Positions 50,400-62,382 of a stretch of 64,000 nucleotides of DNA are shown here, one piece after another (the stretch's first letter is position 1; every line of letters starts with the position of its first letter). The position numbers were made by a program, and so were the translations under genes. The stretch comes from Mobula hypostoma (lineage: Eukaryota), in contig NC_086097.1 of the NCBI RefSeq assembly GCF_963921235.1, positions 34,164,001-34,228,000 on the forward strand, given 5' to 3'. The notes under the pieces were generated by a model that was given only the letters and a program-made list of their open reading frames with translations, ran no database searches and was not told the DNA's origin.

Positions 50400-52710
50400 A
50401 CCACACCTATAGCAAAACTTTGACAAACTTCTATAGATGAGTGGTGGAGAATATATTAACTGATTACAACACAGTCTGCATGGAAACACCAATGACCAGT
50501 CCACTATGGGTAAACCGCTCCCTACCATTGAGCACATCTGCACAGAGCGCTGTCACAGGAAAGCAGCATTCATCGTCAAGGTCTTCTACCATCCAGGCCA
50601 GGCTGTCTTCTCACTGATGCCATCAGGAAGTACATACAGGACCCTCCGGACTCACACCACCAGGTTCAGGAACAATTATTACCCTTCAACCATCAAGCAC
50701 TTGAGCAAGAAGGGATAACCACTCAGTTTCACTCACCCTATCACTGAACTGTTCCCACAATTTATGGACTCATTTTCAAGGACACTTCATCCCATGTTCC
50801 CAATGTTTATTGCGAATTTATTTATTATTATCATTGTATTTTTATTTCTTTCTCATCTCAAGCTGGTAAAACCGGAGGTATGGGCATAGCTAAGCACACT
50901 CATTTCTCAATTGCTCAGAACTTTCGGACTATTCTAGTGGTGTTTAGTATTGTGGCTTTCCGGAGACTTACATAAATATTGTTTTTAGACCTAATTGTTT
51001 AATGCTATTGTGTAGTGACTTTGGGATGAGATCAGTTGTAGATATTACTATTATGACAATGTATACCCTGTTCATATTCCATAGTCTTTCAATTTCCTTT
51101 TTTTTAAAAAATTCAGCATATTGCTGATGTTTTAAACTTACTGATTTTTGTATGTTATGTATGTTTGGAATGGATATATCAATTGAGCTGTTCTTCCTTG
51201 TTTATCCTGCAATATTATATCGAGACAGTTATAATGGATTGTCCTATCTATAATAACAGATCAGTCATAATACAATTTGTAGGACTCTGACTCTAAAACT
51301 GGATCAGATTTGAATTTATAGTAAGATATGATGTCCTTCATGAGTTTGTATTTTAAAGCAAGATTTTGGTGAATGATGTTTGCCACTTGTTTGTGCTTGT
51401 GTAAGTAATCAGGTTGAGTTAAACTGCTGCAGGATCCTGTACTGTGTTGAATTGTTTCTCAGATCTCTAGGCATTTTCTACATTTTTGTCTTGAATTTGT
51501 TGGACCTTTGCTATGTATTTCTGATAATTTTTTGTGTTAACCACCTGGTCTTGTATTTCCACAAGGAACCCCTCTGTTTTTGGGAAGAGGTCTCCAAATC
51601 TAATACAGTCGTTCAACACTTCCTTGTCGACATCTAGTCTGCTCAGATCATGAGGATGCCTTCCATGGAGGATTATGCTCTTCTATTTGTTAATTTTTGC
51701 TTCTGTAATGATAATTTCTTCATTTTTTTTGGGTTGTGCTTTCATTTAAGTTTACTGGTGTGTACATCATATCAGAATTTCATATGTTCAAGTGGAGTGC
51801 TGAATTCTGTTTTTGTTGATGAAAATATATCCTTATAAGTTTTATATGACTGTTGTGTAAATTTTAAAAGTCGATTATTGCTCTTCCTCCTGTCCTAGGT
51901 ATTGTTAATCTAAGTGTGTTTGAGTATACATAGTGGTTTCTAAAATTTGTCATTTCAGTTCTTATTTTTCTTTTTAAATATTCCAGATCGGTTTCAGACC
52001 AAGATGTTATGCCAAAAGAATATGTTAATATGGGCATAGTGAATGTGTTTATTGCGTCTGTTATATTTCTACTATTGAGCTCTGTTCGGCAGATTTTCTT
52101 AAGCCTTGAAGTAAATTTTGTCATAAGTTTTCCCTTTATCACCCTATGATCTATTTTCTTTGCTTGTTGATATCCCAGATACTTATATGTTTCATATTTA
52201 TCCATCATTTGTATTGTATCCTGCTGCTCTGTTTTATATTCTACTAGTTCCAATGCACCCATCTTTCTGTTTAATATTCTGCAAGTCCAACGTTCATGAT
52301 TATATCTTTCGGAAATAGTTCTACTATTTGAATTAATTGCTTTAGCTTCACTGATGAAGCTGTGTATAACTTCACATCATCCATACATAGAAGGTGTGTC
52401 AAAGTATAATTTGCTTGGTTGTGTCTGATTTGATACCCTTTTTTTGTCCGATTCAGTAAATTAGAGAGTGGGTTTAAAGCTAGACAAAACCACAGTGGGC
52501 TTAGAGAGCTATTATTATTGTTAATGTTATTTCTTTTATCTTTTTGTGTTTGCCCAGCTTGCTGTCTTTTTCACATTGATTGGTGGTGGTCTTTCATTGA
52601 TTGTATTGTGTTTCTTGTATTTACTGTGAATGTTTGCAAGAAAATGAATCTCGGGGTTGTATATGGTGACACACATGTACTTTCATAATCCAGTGAATTT
52701 ACTTTGAACA
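50400..52710 (+). mobile_element. Rex1 3' fragment (50400-~50830 and 52511-52710) split by the R4/Dong insertion
   Basis: LPTIEHI..PSGSTYRTLRTHTTRFRNNYYPSTIK; the 3' UTR resumes after 52510 and ends aatttactttgaac. Confidence 0.75.
50845..52510 (-). mobile_element. R4/Dong-clade non-LTR retrotransposon, 5'-truncated (RT C-half and restriction-like endonuclease)
   Basis: SLSPLWFCLALNPLS, THLLCMDDVKLY, YKYLG, AINTFTMPILTYSFG, RLTIPRTGGR, CRKC..ETIQH..GSC, LIDISIP, KATILNTTRIVRKF. Confidence 0.88.
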
Positions 52711-52724
52711 TTAAAAAGCTACTT

Positions 52725-53030
52725 GGACAGTAGAGCTGTAGCCCCACAGCTACAGTGACCCGTGTTCAATCCCGACCTCTGGTGCATTCTAGTGGAAATT
52801 TGTTCATTCCCCATCGACCATGTGGGTTTCCTCTGTGTACCCTGGTTTCCTCCCTCATCCTGAAAATATTTGCGCAGTTAGATTAATTGGGCACTGTAAA
52901 TTGACCCCAGCATTCAGGGTAGTGTGAGAATCTGGGGGAGTACTGATTAGAATGCAGGGAGAATAAGATGGGTTACTGTAGGGATTTGTGTAAAAATTGG
53001 GCTTGATGGCCAACATTGATTTGGCTGGCA
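52725..53030 (+). mobile_element. HE1/V-SINE-like SINE
   Basis: B-box gtgttcaatcc; ccatgtgggtttcc..ggtttcctccc; ttaattgggcactgtaaattg. Confidence 0.75.
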
Positions 53031-53682
53031 GATCTCTGAGGATCTAACCTGGTCTCAGCATATTGATGTAGTCATAAAGGTGGCAAGACAGCGGCTATAC
53101 TTTATTAAGAGTTTGACTCGGCATATCAACAAATACGATCAAAAACTTCTATAGTCGTACCGTGGAGAGCATTCTGACAGGCTGTATCACTGTCTGGTAC
53201 GGAGGGGCTACAGCATAGGACCAAAAGAAGCTGCAGAAGGTTGCAAATCTAGTCAGCTGCATCTTGGGTACTAGCCTACAAAGTATCCAGGACATCTTAC
53301 GGAGCAGTGGCTCAGAAAGGCAGTGTCCATTATTAAGGACGTCCAGCACCCAGGGCATGCCCTTTTCTCACTGTTACCATCAGGTAGGAGGTACAGAAGC
53401 CTGAAGGCACACACTCAGCGATTCAGGAACAGCTTCTTCCCCTCTGCCATCCGATTCCTAAATGGACGTTGAAGCTTTGGACACTACCTCACTTTTTTAA
53501 TATACTGTATTTCTAGTTTTTGCACGTTTTTTAGATAATCTATTTAATACATGTAATTGATTTACTTGTTTATTTATTGTTTTTTTTCATTCTCTCTGCT
53601 AGATTATTTATTGCATTGAACTGCTGCTGCTAAGTTAACAAATTTCACATCACATGCTGGTGATAATAAACCTGATTCTGAG
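53031..53682 (+). mobile_element. Rex1/Babar 3' fragment
   Basis: Near-identical to 3252-3911; tail aataaacctgattctga. Confidence 0.87.
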
Positions 53683-55469
53683 ATTGGTCTATCTCCATGA
53701 AGCATTACTCTATAATAATTTTATCATTGATTAGTTGCTTTATGTGGGTCTTCTTTTACACAAGTTCCAATCTGATAGTAGAGACTAACCTTCTAAAATA
53801 TATAATTGGCTACAAAAGCTTTGGGGCATTTCAAGCTCATAAGAGTTGCTTTGTCAGTGCAAGTTCTTATATAAAGCGAGCTTGTTTGTGCATTTGTTGG
53901 GAGTTTCTTGCAAGAAGATTCCATCATCTTTTTGAAACAGCCCACAAGACTCATCGTACATAATTGTGGTCACTTCTACTTTGAAAAAGGCGCGCTCGAC
54001 AACTTCATGCCAAAGAAACAACTTTATCTTGAACTTCAAAACGTTACGTAAATACAGAGGGTTTCACAACCCGTTACGGCATAGCGGGGACGCTATGTAC
54101 TGAGGGCCACCAGAAGAACAAAGAACGGAAGTAGACCCCCCCCACCCGATATCCTAATTAGTATTAACTTACTTTTAATGACGCTCACATTACAACAATA
54201 ATTGCTTTCTTTCTTTCTTTCCCCATTCTAAAAAGAAAGTCATCTTCCAGTTTCTTTAGTCTAGAGGCTATAAAAAATAAAGCTAAAAAACAACCTCCTG
54301 CAAGTAAATCTTCTTGGTATCCATGTGGAGAAGGCAGAGAAACAGAATTGAAAGGGATAAGAAATCAGTCATGATGAAATGACAGAGCACACCCGATGGA
54401 CTGAATGGCCCAATTTGCTCCCATGTCTGATGGATATTTTGCAGAGAGTCACCCGTGAGTGCTACACAAGGAAACACAATGATATTTTCCAAAATACTGT
54501 AAACCTTTAAAAAACGTTATCACAGGGAATTGTTCAATTACGTATTGCAATTAAATAATTTTCTGCTGCCTGCTTGGGGATAATTGCTAGTTTATATTTT
54601 AGGGGCAAATCAGTTCTAGGTTGCTAATGTGTGAACAAAGTATCAGGAGGACTGAATATTGAACAGAACAGCACAGTATCTTCCTCTAATCATCTTAAAA
54701 TTATGCCCCCTCCTATTCGCCATTACCCAGTGGTGTCCTTCAGTGTTGTAACAAATATCATTCAAAAGTCACCTAGAAGAACTTTAACAACATTCCCTTC
54801 ATTGATGCCCAAAGCCTTTGTGAATGACATCTAGATTAATATTTGTGGCATTTCTCTTCAGATTTCTGATACTTAACCCAGGAAGAGGTGTCATGCAAAC
54901 TTATAAATTCACAAGAATGAGCAGACAGTGTCTAGGTTAAACATCCTTACTTAAAAAGAGGTACTTCCAACATTGAAATATGGTGTGCTATTTTTATACT
55001 GAGAATTCCAGGTCAGTGAAAAAATGATTGAAACTTCATCTCACTACAGAGATTCCAACCTTAAATATAATCCTTATGCAAATTCTCCTTGAATTATAAG
55101 GTTGGCCTTGATGCCACCGGGATAGTCATATTGTGAACATTGACTCAGTACTTTGTATTCAGATTGCCTTGAATTATTAATGTTTTTAATATATTCATAC
55201 AGCCCAAATGCAAATGGTGGTATGTCTCTTCACATTCGGACTATGCAAAGATTTCAAAGAGGTTGTTCTGCGATGTTTGTACATCTGGAGGAAGCGTCCA
55301 TTGAGCAGATCTTGCTGCAGAGGGACCATATTCATTTCCAATATTGTCTGTCTGCTGAAATACAGTTGCATAACTACTTATGTCAGGAAGTTCCTGTGCC
55401 AAACTAGTTTCCAATATACCCATCCAAATCTGCAAACAACACAAATGGGAAAGAATTTGGATGGAGGAT

Positions 55470-56485
55470 TTTCAAAGTTCAAAATAAATTTATTATCAAA
55501 GAACATATATGTCACCATATACAACACTTAATTGATTTTCTTGTGGGCATTCACAGTCAATACAAGAAATGCAATAGAATCAATGAAAGACCACACCCGA
55601 CAGGAAGGACAAATGACCAATGTACAAATGACAACAAACTGTGGAAGTGCAAGAAAGAAAAATAGTGTCCTTAACCTTTGGACCTAGGACAGGTCCTTTG
55701 AAATGATAACACTAATGAATTTGAAGTTGCTGACCCTTTCCAGCTCTGATCTCCTGGTGAACACTGGTTCATGGACCTCCACTTTACTCCTCCTGAAGTC
55801 ATTGATCAGATCCTTGGTCTTGCTAACACGGAGTGAGAGGTTGTGGCACCACTCAGTCAGATTTTCAATCTGCCTCCTATATGGTGATTCGCCATCATCT
55901 TTGATTTGGCCTGCAACAATGATGTCATCAGCAAACCTGAACACAGCATTAGAGCTATGCTTGGCCTCACAGTCATAAATATAAAGATGGTAGAGCAGGG
56001 GGCTAAGCACACAGTCTTGTGCATCTGTGCTGATGGATATTGCAGAGGAGATGTTGTTGCCAATCTAAACTGAGTGGTGTCTACAAGTGAGGAAACTGAG
56101 GATCCAATTGCACAAGGAGGTATTGAGGCCATGGGCATGAAGTTTATTGATTAGTTTTGTAGGGATGATAGCACTGAATGCTGAGCTGTGGTCAATGAAG
56201 AGATGTTCTAGGGATGAGTGAAGAGCCAACGAAATGATATCTGCTGTTGACCTGTTGTGTCAGTAGGCATATTGGAGTGGATTCAAGTCACTTCTCAGGC
56301 AGGAGTTGGTATGTTTCATCACTAACCTCTGAAAGCACTTCATCACAGTGGATGTAAGTGCTAATGGATGATAATCATTGAGGCAAGTTCTTCTTAGGCA
56401 CCGATATAATTGAAACCTGCTTGAAGCTGTTGAGTACCTCAGAATGCTGAAGTGAGAGTTTAAAGATACCGTTTAACATTCCAGC
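55470..56485 (-). mobile_element. Decayed Rex1/Babar RT fragment with a deletion, followed by a 3' UTR
   Basis: LSPLLYHLYIYDC, FRFADD, LRVSKTKDLINDFRR, ERVSNFKFI. Confidence 0.82.
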
Positions 56486-56949
56486 CATGAGGTTGTTATG
56501 AAGCTACAAGCCAAAATAAGTTGTTTAAATGATTGGCAAGAAGGGGTCATGTAGAGCACAAAATAGAAAAATCTGAAGCTATCCACAAGCAAAAAAAGAA
56601 AAGTGTAAGAAAATGTCTTTAAACACTGAGGAAATGTAGGTAGCCATTATAATTTTGGTTTCCTGACACAAAGATGCAGAATATTAATACCTGGATAACC
56701 GGGATGTTATGCATTGCAAGGCGAAGGAATGCATGGTTGAAGGAGTTTCGGTATTTAGACCTAGCAACATGGCTGGACTGCTGAGTGCTCTCAATAAGGT
56801 CAAAGGCATTTTGTCTCAAGGGCACTGATTTTGGAGTGACTGTACTTGAAGTACTTGGTAGAGACGTGGCTTCTGTTCCTTCGGAAAGGAATGCTTGCCT
56901 TAAGGAGGGGCATTACAAAGGTTTACTTCCCTGGAGAACGGCATGGACC

Positions 56950-57350
56950 AAACCCTTCCAATTTGCTTCCTGTTTTCCAGGTTTTTCCTTCTCCACCATG
57001 ACAATGGCAATTCCATACTAGTGCTTCCAACGTGCCTTCCTTCTTCCTCAACTGTGGGTCTCCCTTCACATCAATGGTTATGCTCTTTGACTACATCCAG
57101 TTTTCCACACTTCTGCACCCACTTCTACTTCTCCCAGAGCCAGAATAAAATTCTTCTGGTCTTGGTCTCCTTTCCAGCACGCTTCACATTTAATGGGTCA
57201 TCCCCCAAAATATCCAAGGTTTTCCATATAATTCCATTGCCAAGTGAATCTTCCACTCTCCTTTTCAGTAATTCAGAAGAACTATTTCCTCAAAGATACT
57301 CTGTTGCATTCTTCCATTTCACCAGCACCCACTGAGATTCCCTGGGAACC
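56950..57350 (+). mobile_element. Very decayed Penelope fragment (RT-to-endonuclease linker)
   Basis: FHTSASNVPSFFLNCG, QSQNKILLVLV and FRRT..KDTL-like remnants. Confidence 0.4.
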
Positions 57351-57509
57351 TTCCAGTTCAAACCAGCTTTCTACACGTCATTTACTTGTATTTTTTTCCA
57401 AATTAGTGTCCCAGATTTCTTACTCATGATGCAGTACAAAGGAGTGATGAAGCTCAAGGATTAGATTGGCAGATATTGAGGGATAAATTTGAGAGCGGCA
57501 AGTTTTGTG

Positions 57510-57772
57510 GATGGCATGGTAGTGTACGGATTAGCTCAATGCTTTACAGTACCAGAGACCAGGTTTGCATGTTGTACCTGTGACTGTGTGAGTTTCCTCC
57601 GGGTGCCCCAGTTTCCTCCCACAGTCCAAGGACATACTGGTTGAAAGGTTAATTGGTCATTGTAAATTGTTCGGTGATTAGGCTAGGGTTAAGTCGGGGG
57701 TTGCTGGGCAGCGCAGCTCGAAGGGCCAGAAGGGCCTATTCTGTGCTGTATCTCAGTAAAATAAAAAATAAA
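57510..57772 (+). mobile_element. V-SINE-like SINE
   Basis: gtttgcatgttgtacctgtgactgtgtgagtttcctccgggtgccccagtttcctcccacagtccaag; tail tattctgtgctgtatctc plus A-rich end. Confidence 0.82.
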
Positions 57773-58519
57773 CGCAGTTCTCTTTACACTGGAGGGGACT
57801 AAGTACAGAAGGGTGACCTCCATTCAGTCCACAAGCATGACTCCCAGATTCTAAACACCTTTCCCTGTAGTTTTCCAACTTCATCCAACTCTGATCTTCT
57901 GACCTTGGTCCTACCCCTGTCTCTGTTGCTTTATTTTTCAAAATCTCTTAACGTTTCAAACTTTGACCACATCAGCAGATTTAAACATTACTTCATTTCT
58001 TGGATTGATCTGTCATAATCTTGACCAGACCAGCCCTCTTGAACTGCTGCAGTTCTTCGGGTGAATTATGCTGTTGGCGAAGGAGTTCCTGTACTTAGAG
58101 CTAGCAACAATGAACAGATACTGGTTGGCCTGCTGAGTGCTCCAACGATTTTCTGATTTTATTTTTCCAATACAAACTTCTGGCTTCTCAGTGCCAAAAT
58201 TGACTTAGATTTTATACAGTACATCTACTGGAAGTCGGAGTTGTGTGGCACACAGAACCTGAACTGACCATCAGGCACCTAATTCTATTGCATTCCCAAT
58301 ACTCCCATCAATTCCATCCCCCACATCCTACCATTCACTGACAGTTAGGAGCGAGCTAGACTGGTCAAGTCACCAGCACCTGAAGGAAAACTAAATGGTC
58401 TTGGTGGGGTGCAGGGAGGGGGAAAACACTCACACTTCCTAAAGAGAGTACTGGAGGTCAGGATTGGACCAGAGGGGTCTCTCAGAGCTGTGAAACAGCA
58501 TCTTGGAGATGCGCCACTG

Positions 58520-58840
58520 CTCCACTCCACTCTTCCATTGAGCAGAAGACGCAAAAGCCTGTAAACACGCATCACCAAACTCAAGGACAGCTTCTTCCCT
58601 GCCATTTTAAAACTATTAAACAGAAGGATGGACCCTTGAGCTCAGAATCTACCTCGCTATGATCTTGCATCTTGCCGTTTACTTACACTGCACTTTCTCT
58701 GCAGCTGGTTCACCGTATTCTGCATTGTTCTACCTCAATGGACTGTGTAATGATTTGATCTGTATGAGCGGTATGCAAGACAAGCTTTTCACTATATCTC
58801 AGTATGTGTGACCATAATAAAAGCATTTTAATTCCATTTC
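58520..58840 (+). mobile_element. Rex1-like 3' end
   Basis: LKDSFFPAILKLLN; tail caagcttttcactatatctcag..ataataaa; related piece at 38330-38570(-). Confidence 0.7.
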
Positions 58841-58884
58841 CAATCCCTCACTGTTAAATAGCTCATTCACAACCCCCTTAATTA

Positions 58885-59465
58885 CCACCACTCTAGGGAA
58901 AATGGAACTAGCCTCTCCAAACTTTCCTCATAACAGAAATGTAACATCCTGGTAAAACTTCTCTGCACCTTCTTCAATGCTAGCACATCTTTCCTATAGT
59001 ATGGTGACCAGAACTGTGGGTGGTATTCCAGCTAAGGTCTGATCGATGCTTTAGAAGGTTTGCGCATGACAGCCCCTCCTCTTGTATTCAGTTCCCTGAC
59101 TAATGGAGGCCAATATCCCATACACCTTTGCTGTCACATCCAAGAATCTTTGGGCATGCACATCAGGTCTGTCTGTTTCTCCATTCTCCCTAGGACCTAG
59201 CCTCATTGGTACTCAGAAGATGCATCATCTCACATTAAGCATCATTTGCCATTACTGAACCCATTTCACCAACACATTAATATTACCCTGAAGCCCAAAA
59301 CTACCCTGCACACATTGACAACAACTCCACCAGTCTACATGTCACCTGTGTATGTACTGATCAGGCCTCCCACATCTAGATCCAATCAATCACACATATT
59401 GCAAACAGCAAGGGTGCCAACACCAGTCACAGGCAATCAATCATAAAAACAGCACTCTACCATTC
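58885..59465 (-). mobile_element. Old CR1 fragment
   Basis: aacatcctggtaaaacttctctgcacc..ggtgaccagaactg motifs. Confidence 0.65.
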
Positions 59466-60590
59466 TCCATCTCCTACGCATCAGGGTTTAGTAAAGGAAG
59501 GTAAAAATAAAAGCAAAGGACTGTGGATGCTGGAAATCTAAAGTAAAAAGAGAATGCTGAAAATACTCAACATGTCAGTCTGCATCTGCACCAAAGGTAA
59601 TGTTTCAGCCTGAAGTTTCTTTATCAGTACTGAGAAGGAGTGAGCAACAGTGAGCGTGGGATCCCAGCGAGAGATGCAACTTTCATATTCTTTTGAAAGT
59701 GTTATTTTTACGTCTGTACTCTCACTCCCTATTGTTCACATCCACTCACTGATTCATCTGTTTACAGTTTATCCCCATAATCATCCCTGTTTTATCCTAT
59801 CAGTAGCATCCCTTTCCAACCCTCCCTACAGAGGAGAATAATTTTTAAGCTCTGGTTTTAAGCTTCATTGGCGTCAGTCCAGATCCATGTGGGTCAGGAG
59901 AGCAAGCCAGTGTCCTAAAGCAAGCACTCTCAGGAATGATCTCAAACACTTTGCCATTATGGTAAAGTGAAGTACCAAAGTTTCTGTGAGGTCCATAACC
60001 ACAATTGCACATCTCCTGGCACTTAAATGAGTAAAATGATTAAAGAAAATCATCTCGGTTTGAATCTTCTTAAAATTTCAAAAGTTTTAACAGAGCCTTA
60101 GGCAAAATTGATTTTACATTTATTAAGTAACTGAAGCAGAGGACAAGCTTTAGTCATTCATTATGATCGCAGGTTAAAACAAAAAACCCTGACCTAGATA
60201 AATACAAAATGCCTTTCAACAAGGAAAAGAGGGCTAGTTCCCCTTGCAGACTATTTAAAAATGAGCGCTGCGCTTTTCCATTTCAGTTAAGTGCCGCCTT
60301 CACCTTAATCAATTAAACTACGAGCAACACATTAAACAGGAAATTCATGAAAATGCACAGCTAGCAAAACATTCAGATTTTACGATCCCTCCGAGTCTTA
60401 ATTAAGCAATCCTTCATCCCTACTACCAAAGAGAATAATGAAGCTATTGTATGCTAATTTTATGTTGTTGCAAATATCTAATGGACACCCCTTCCCCCAT
60501 TATTGAATGTGATCTTTGTGCTTCAATAAATTAATAGCACAATTGCAAACAAATTTCTGTAATGTATTTGCTACGGAATTAAGTATTGGT

Positions 60591-60685
60591 CACTCACAAC
60601 ACGCTGGAGGAACTCAGCAGGTCAGGCAGCATCCGTGGAAACGATCAGTCGATGTTTCGGGCCGGAACCCTTCGTCAGGACATGT
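60591..60685 (-). mobile_element. Short Penelope terminal-repeat insertion with a hammerhead core
   Basis: 13-bp TSD attaagtattggt (60578-60590 / 60686-60698); minus strand GTC-CTGACGA-agggttccggccc-GAAAC-ATC-GAC. Confidence 0.85.
60646..60681 (-). ncRNA. Putative minimal type I hammerhead ribozyme
   Basis: CUGACGA and GAAA cores, stem II GGGUU/GGCCC, stem I GUC/GAC, NUH = AUC. Confidence 0.55.
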
Positions 60686-60929
60686 ATTAAGTATTGGTGT
60701 GCTTCGTAAGGAAGTGTAGTGGATATATCAGTATTTGCAACCCGAACCCAAACCATGCCAGATTTCAAACAACTCCACATGGGGAGGAGGGACAAGTACA
60801 TGAAAGAGGTATTTTAGGTCAATTAGGTTATTAAAAATGCGTCCAGCACCCTGGTCTTCATCGGTCAGGCCACTGAGTAAAGGAGTTAGGTGAGACAACA
60901 CCAGTATTGTGTACAGTATCAAGACATCA

Positions 60930-61932
60930 TTAGGCAGGAGGCAAAGACTGGGTATAAAGGGAGCCTTTCCTGGTTGGCTGCCAGTGACTGGCAGTGTTCC
61001 ACAGGGGTCTGGGTTGGGACCACTTCCTTTTACATTATTTGTCAGTGATTTGCATGATGGAATTGATGACTTTGTTGAAAAGTTTGCAGATGATATGAAG
61101 AGAGGTAAAGGGCAGGTAGTTTTGAGGATGTAGAGAGGCTACAGAAGGATTTAGACGAATTAGGAGAATGAGCAAAGAAAGAGCAGGTAGAATACATTGT
61201 CAGGAAGTGCCTGGTCATACACTTTGGTAAAATGAAAGGGTTGATTATTTTCTAAGTGGAGAGCCAATACAAAAATCGGAGGAGCAAAGGAACTTGGGAG
61301 TCCTCGTGCAGGATTCCCTAAAGGGTAATTTGCAGGTTGAGTCGGCGGTGAGGAAGGCAAATGTGATGTTAGCATTCATTTCAAGAAGACTAGAATATAA
61401 AGGCAAGGATGTAATGTTGACACTTTATAAAGCACTGGTGAGGCCTCACTTGGAGCATTGTGAGCAGTTTTAGGCCCCTTATCTCAGAAAGGATGTGCTG
61501 AAACAGTCTGATGGCTCTGGGCCTGTATTCACTGGAATTCAGAAGAATGAGGGGTAATCTACCAAATAGTGAAAGGCCTTTATAGAGTGGATGTGGAGAG
61601 GGTGTTTGCTATGGTGGGAGAGTCTAAGACCAGAGGAGACAGCCTCAGAATAGAGGGGTGTCCCTTTAGAACGGAGCTGTGGAGGAATTTCTTTAGCCAG
61701 AGAGTGGTGAATCTGTGGAATTCTTTGCCACAGGCAGCTGCAGAGGCCAAGCCTTTATGTATATTTAAGGCAGGGGTTGATAGATTCTTGATTGGTCATG
61801 TCATGAAGGGATACGGGGAGAAGGCAGGAGATTGGAGCTGAGAGGGAAAATTGATCAGCCATGATTAAATGGTGGAGCAGACTCGATGGGCCAAGTGGCC
61901 CAATTCTACTCTATATTTTATGGTCTTATGAT
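60930..61932 (+). mobile_element. CR1 3' part with internal deletion
   Basis: VPQGSGLGPL, KFADDMK, RNFFSQRVVNLWNSLP; tail tatggtcttatg. Confidence 0.9.
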
Positions 61933-61944
61933 TAAACCGTCAAG

Positions 61945-62380
61945 AGTACCTAGATGCTGTCAGGGCTTGAGGAAATGAGTTATGGGGAGACGTTGGGAGG
62001 ATCAAACTATATTTGTTGAAAAAGAACTTTGGGATGTATATTGTATACACTTCTCTGACATGAAATATACCTACCTATTACCTATTGAATGTCAGAGATC
62101 GAGTTGCGACCTTATGGAAGTGTATAAAATCATAAGGGATACAGAAAGGGTGAATACACAGTCATTTCCCCCAGAGAATGGGATCTAAAAACTAGAGAGC
62201 ATTGGTATGCAGTGAGAGACAACAGATTTCAAAGGGTCCTGAGGAACAATTTCATCATGCTGAGGTTGGTGCACCAATGGAATGAGCTGGATGAGGCAGG
62301 TACAGTACAATAATAATATTTAGGGGACATCTCGATAAATACCTGGGTAAGACCGCTTACAGGCATATAGACAAGGCTGA
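61945..62380 (+). mobile_element. Old CR1 3' fragment
   Basis: DLMEVYKIIRDTERVN; tggaatgagctg. Confidence 0.65.
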
Positions 62381-62382
62381 AT

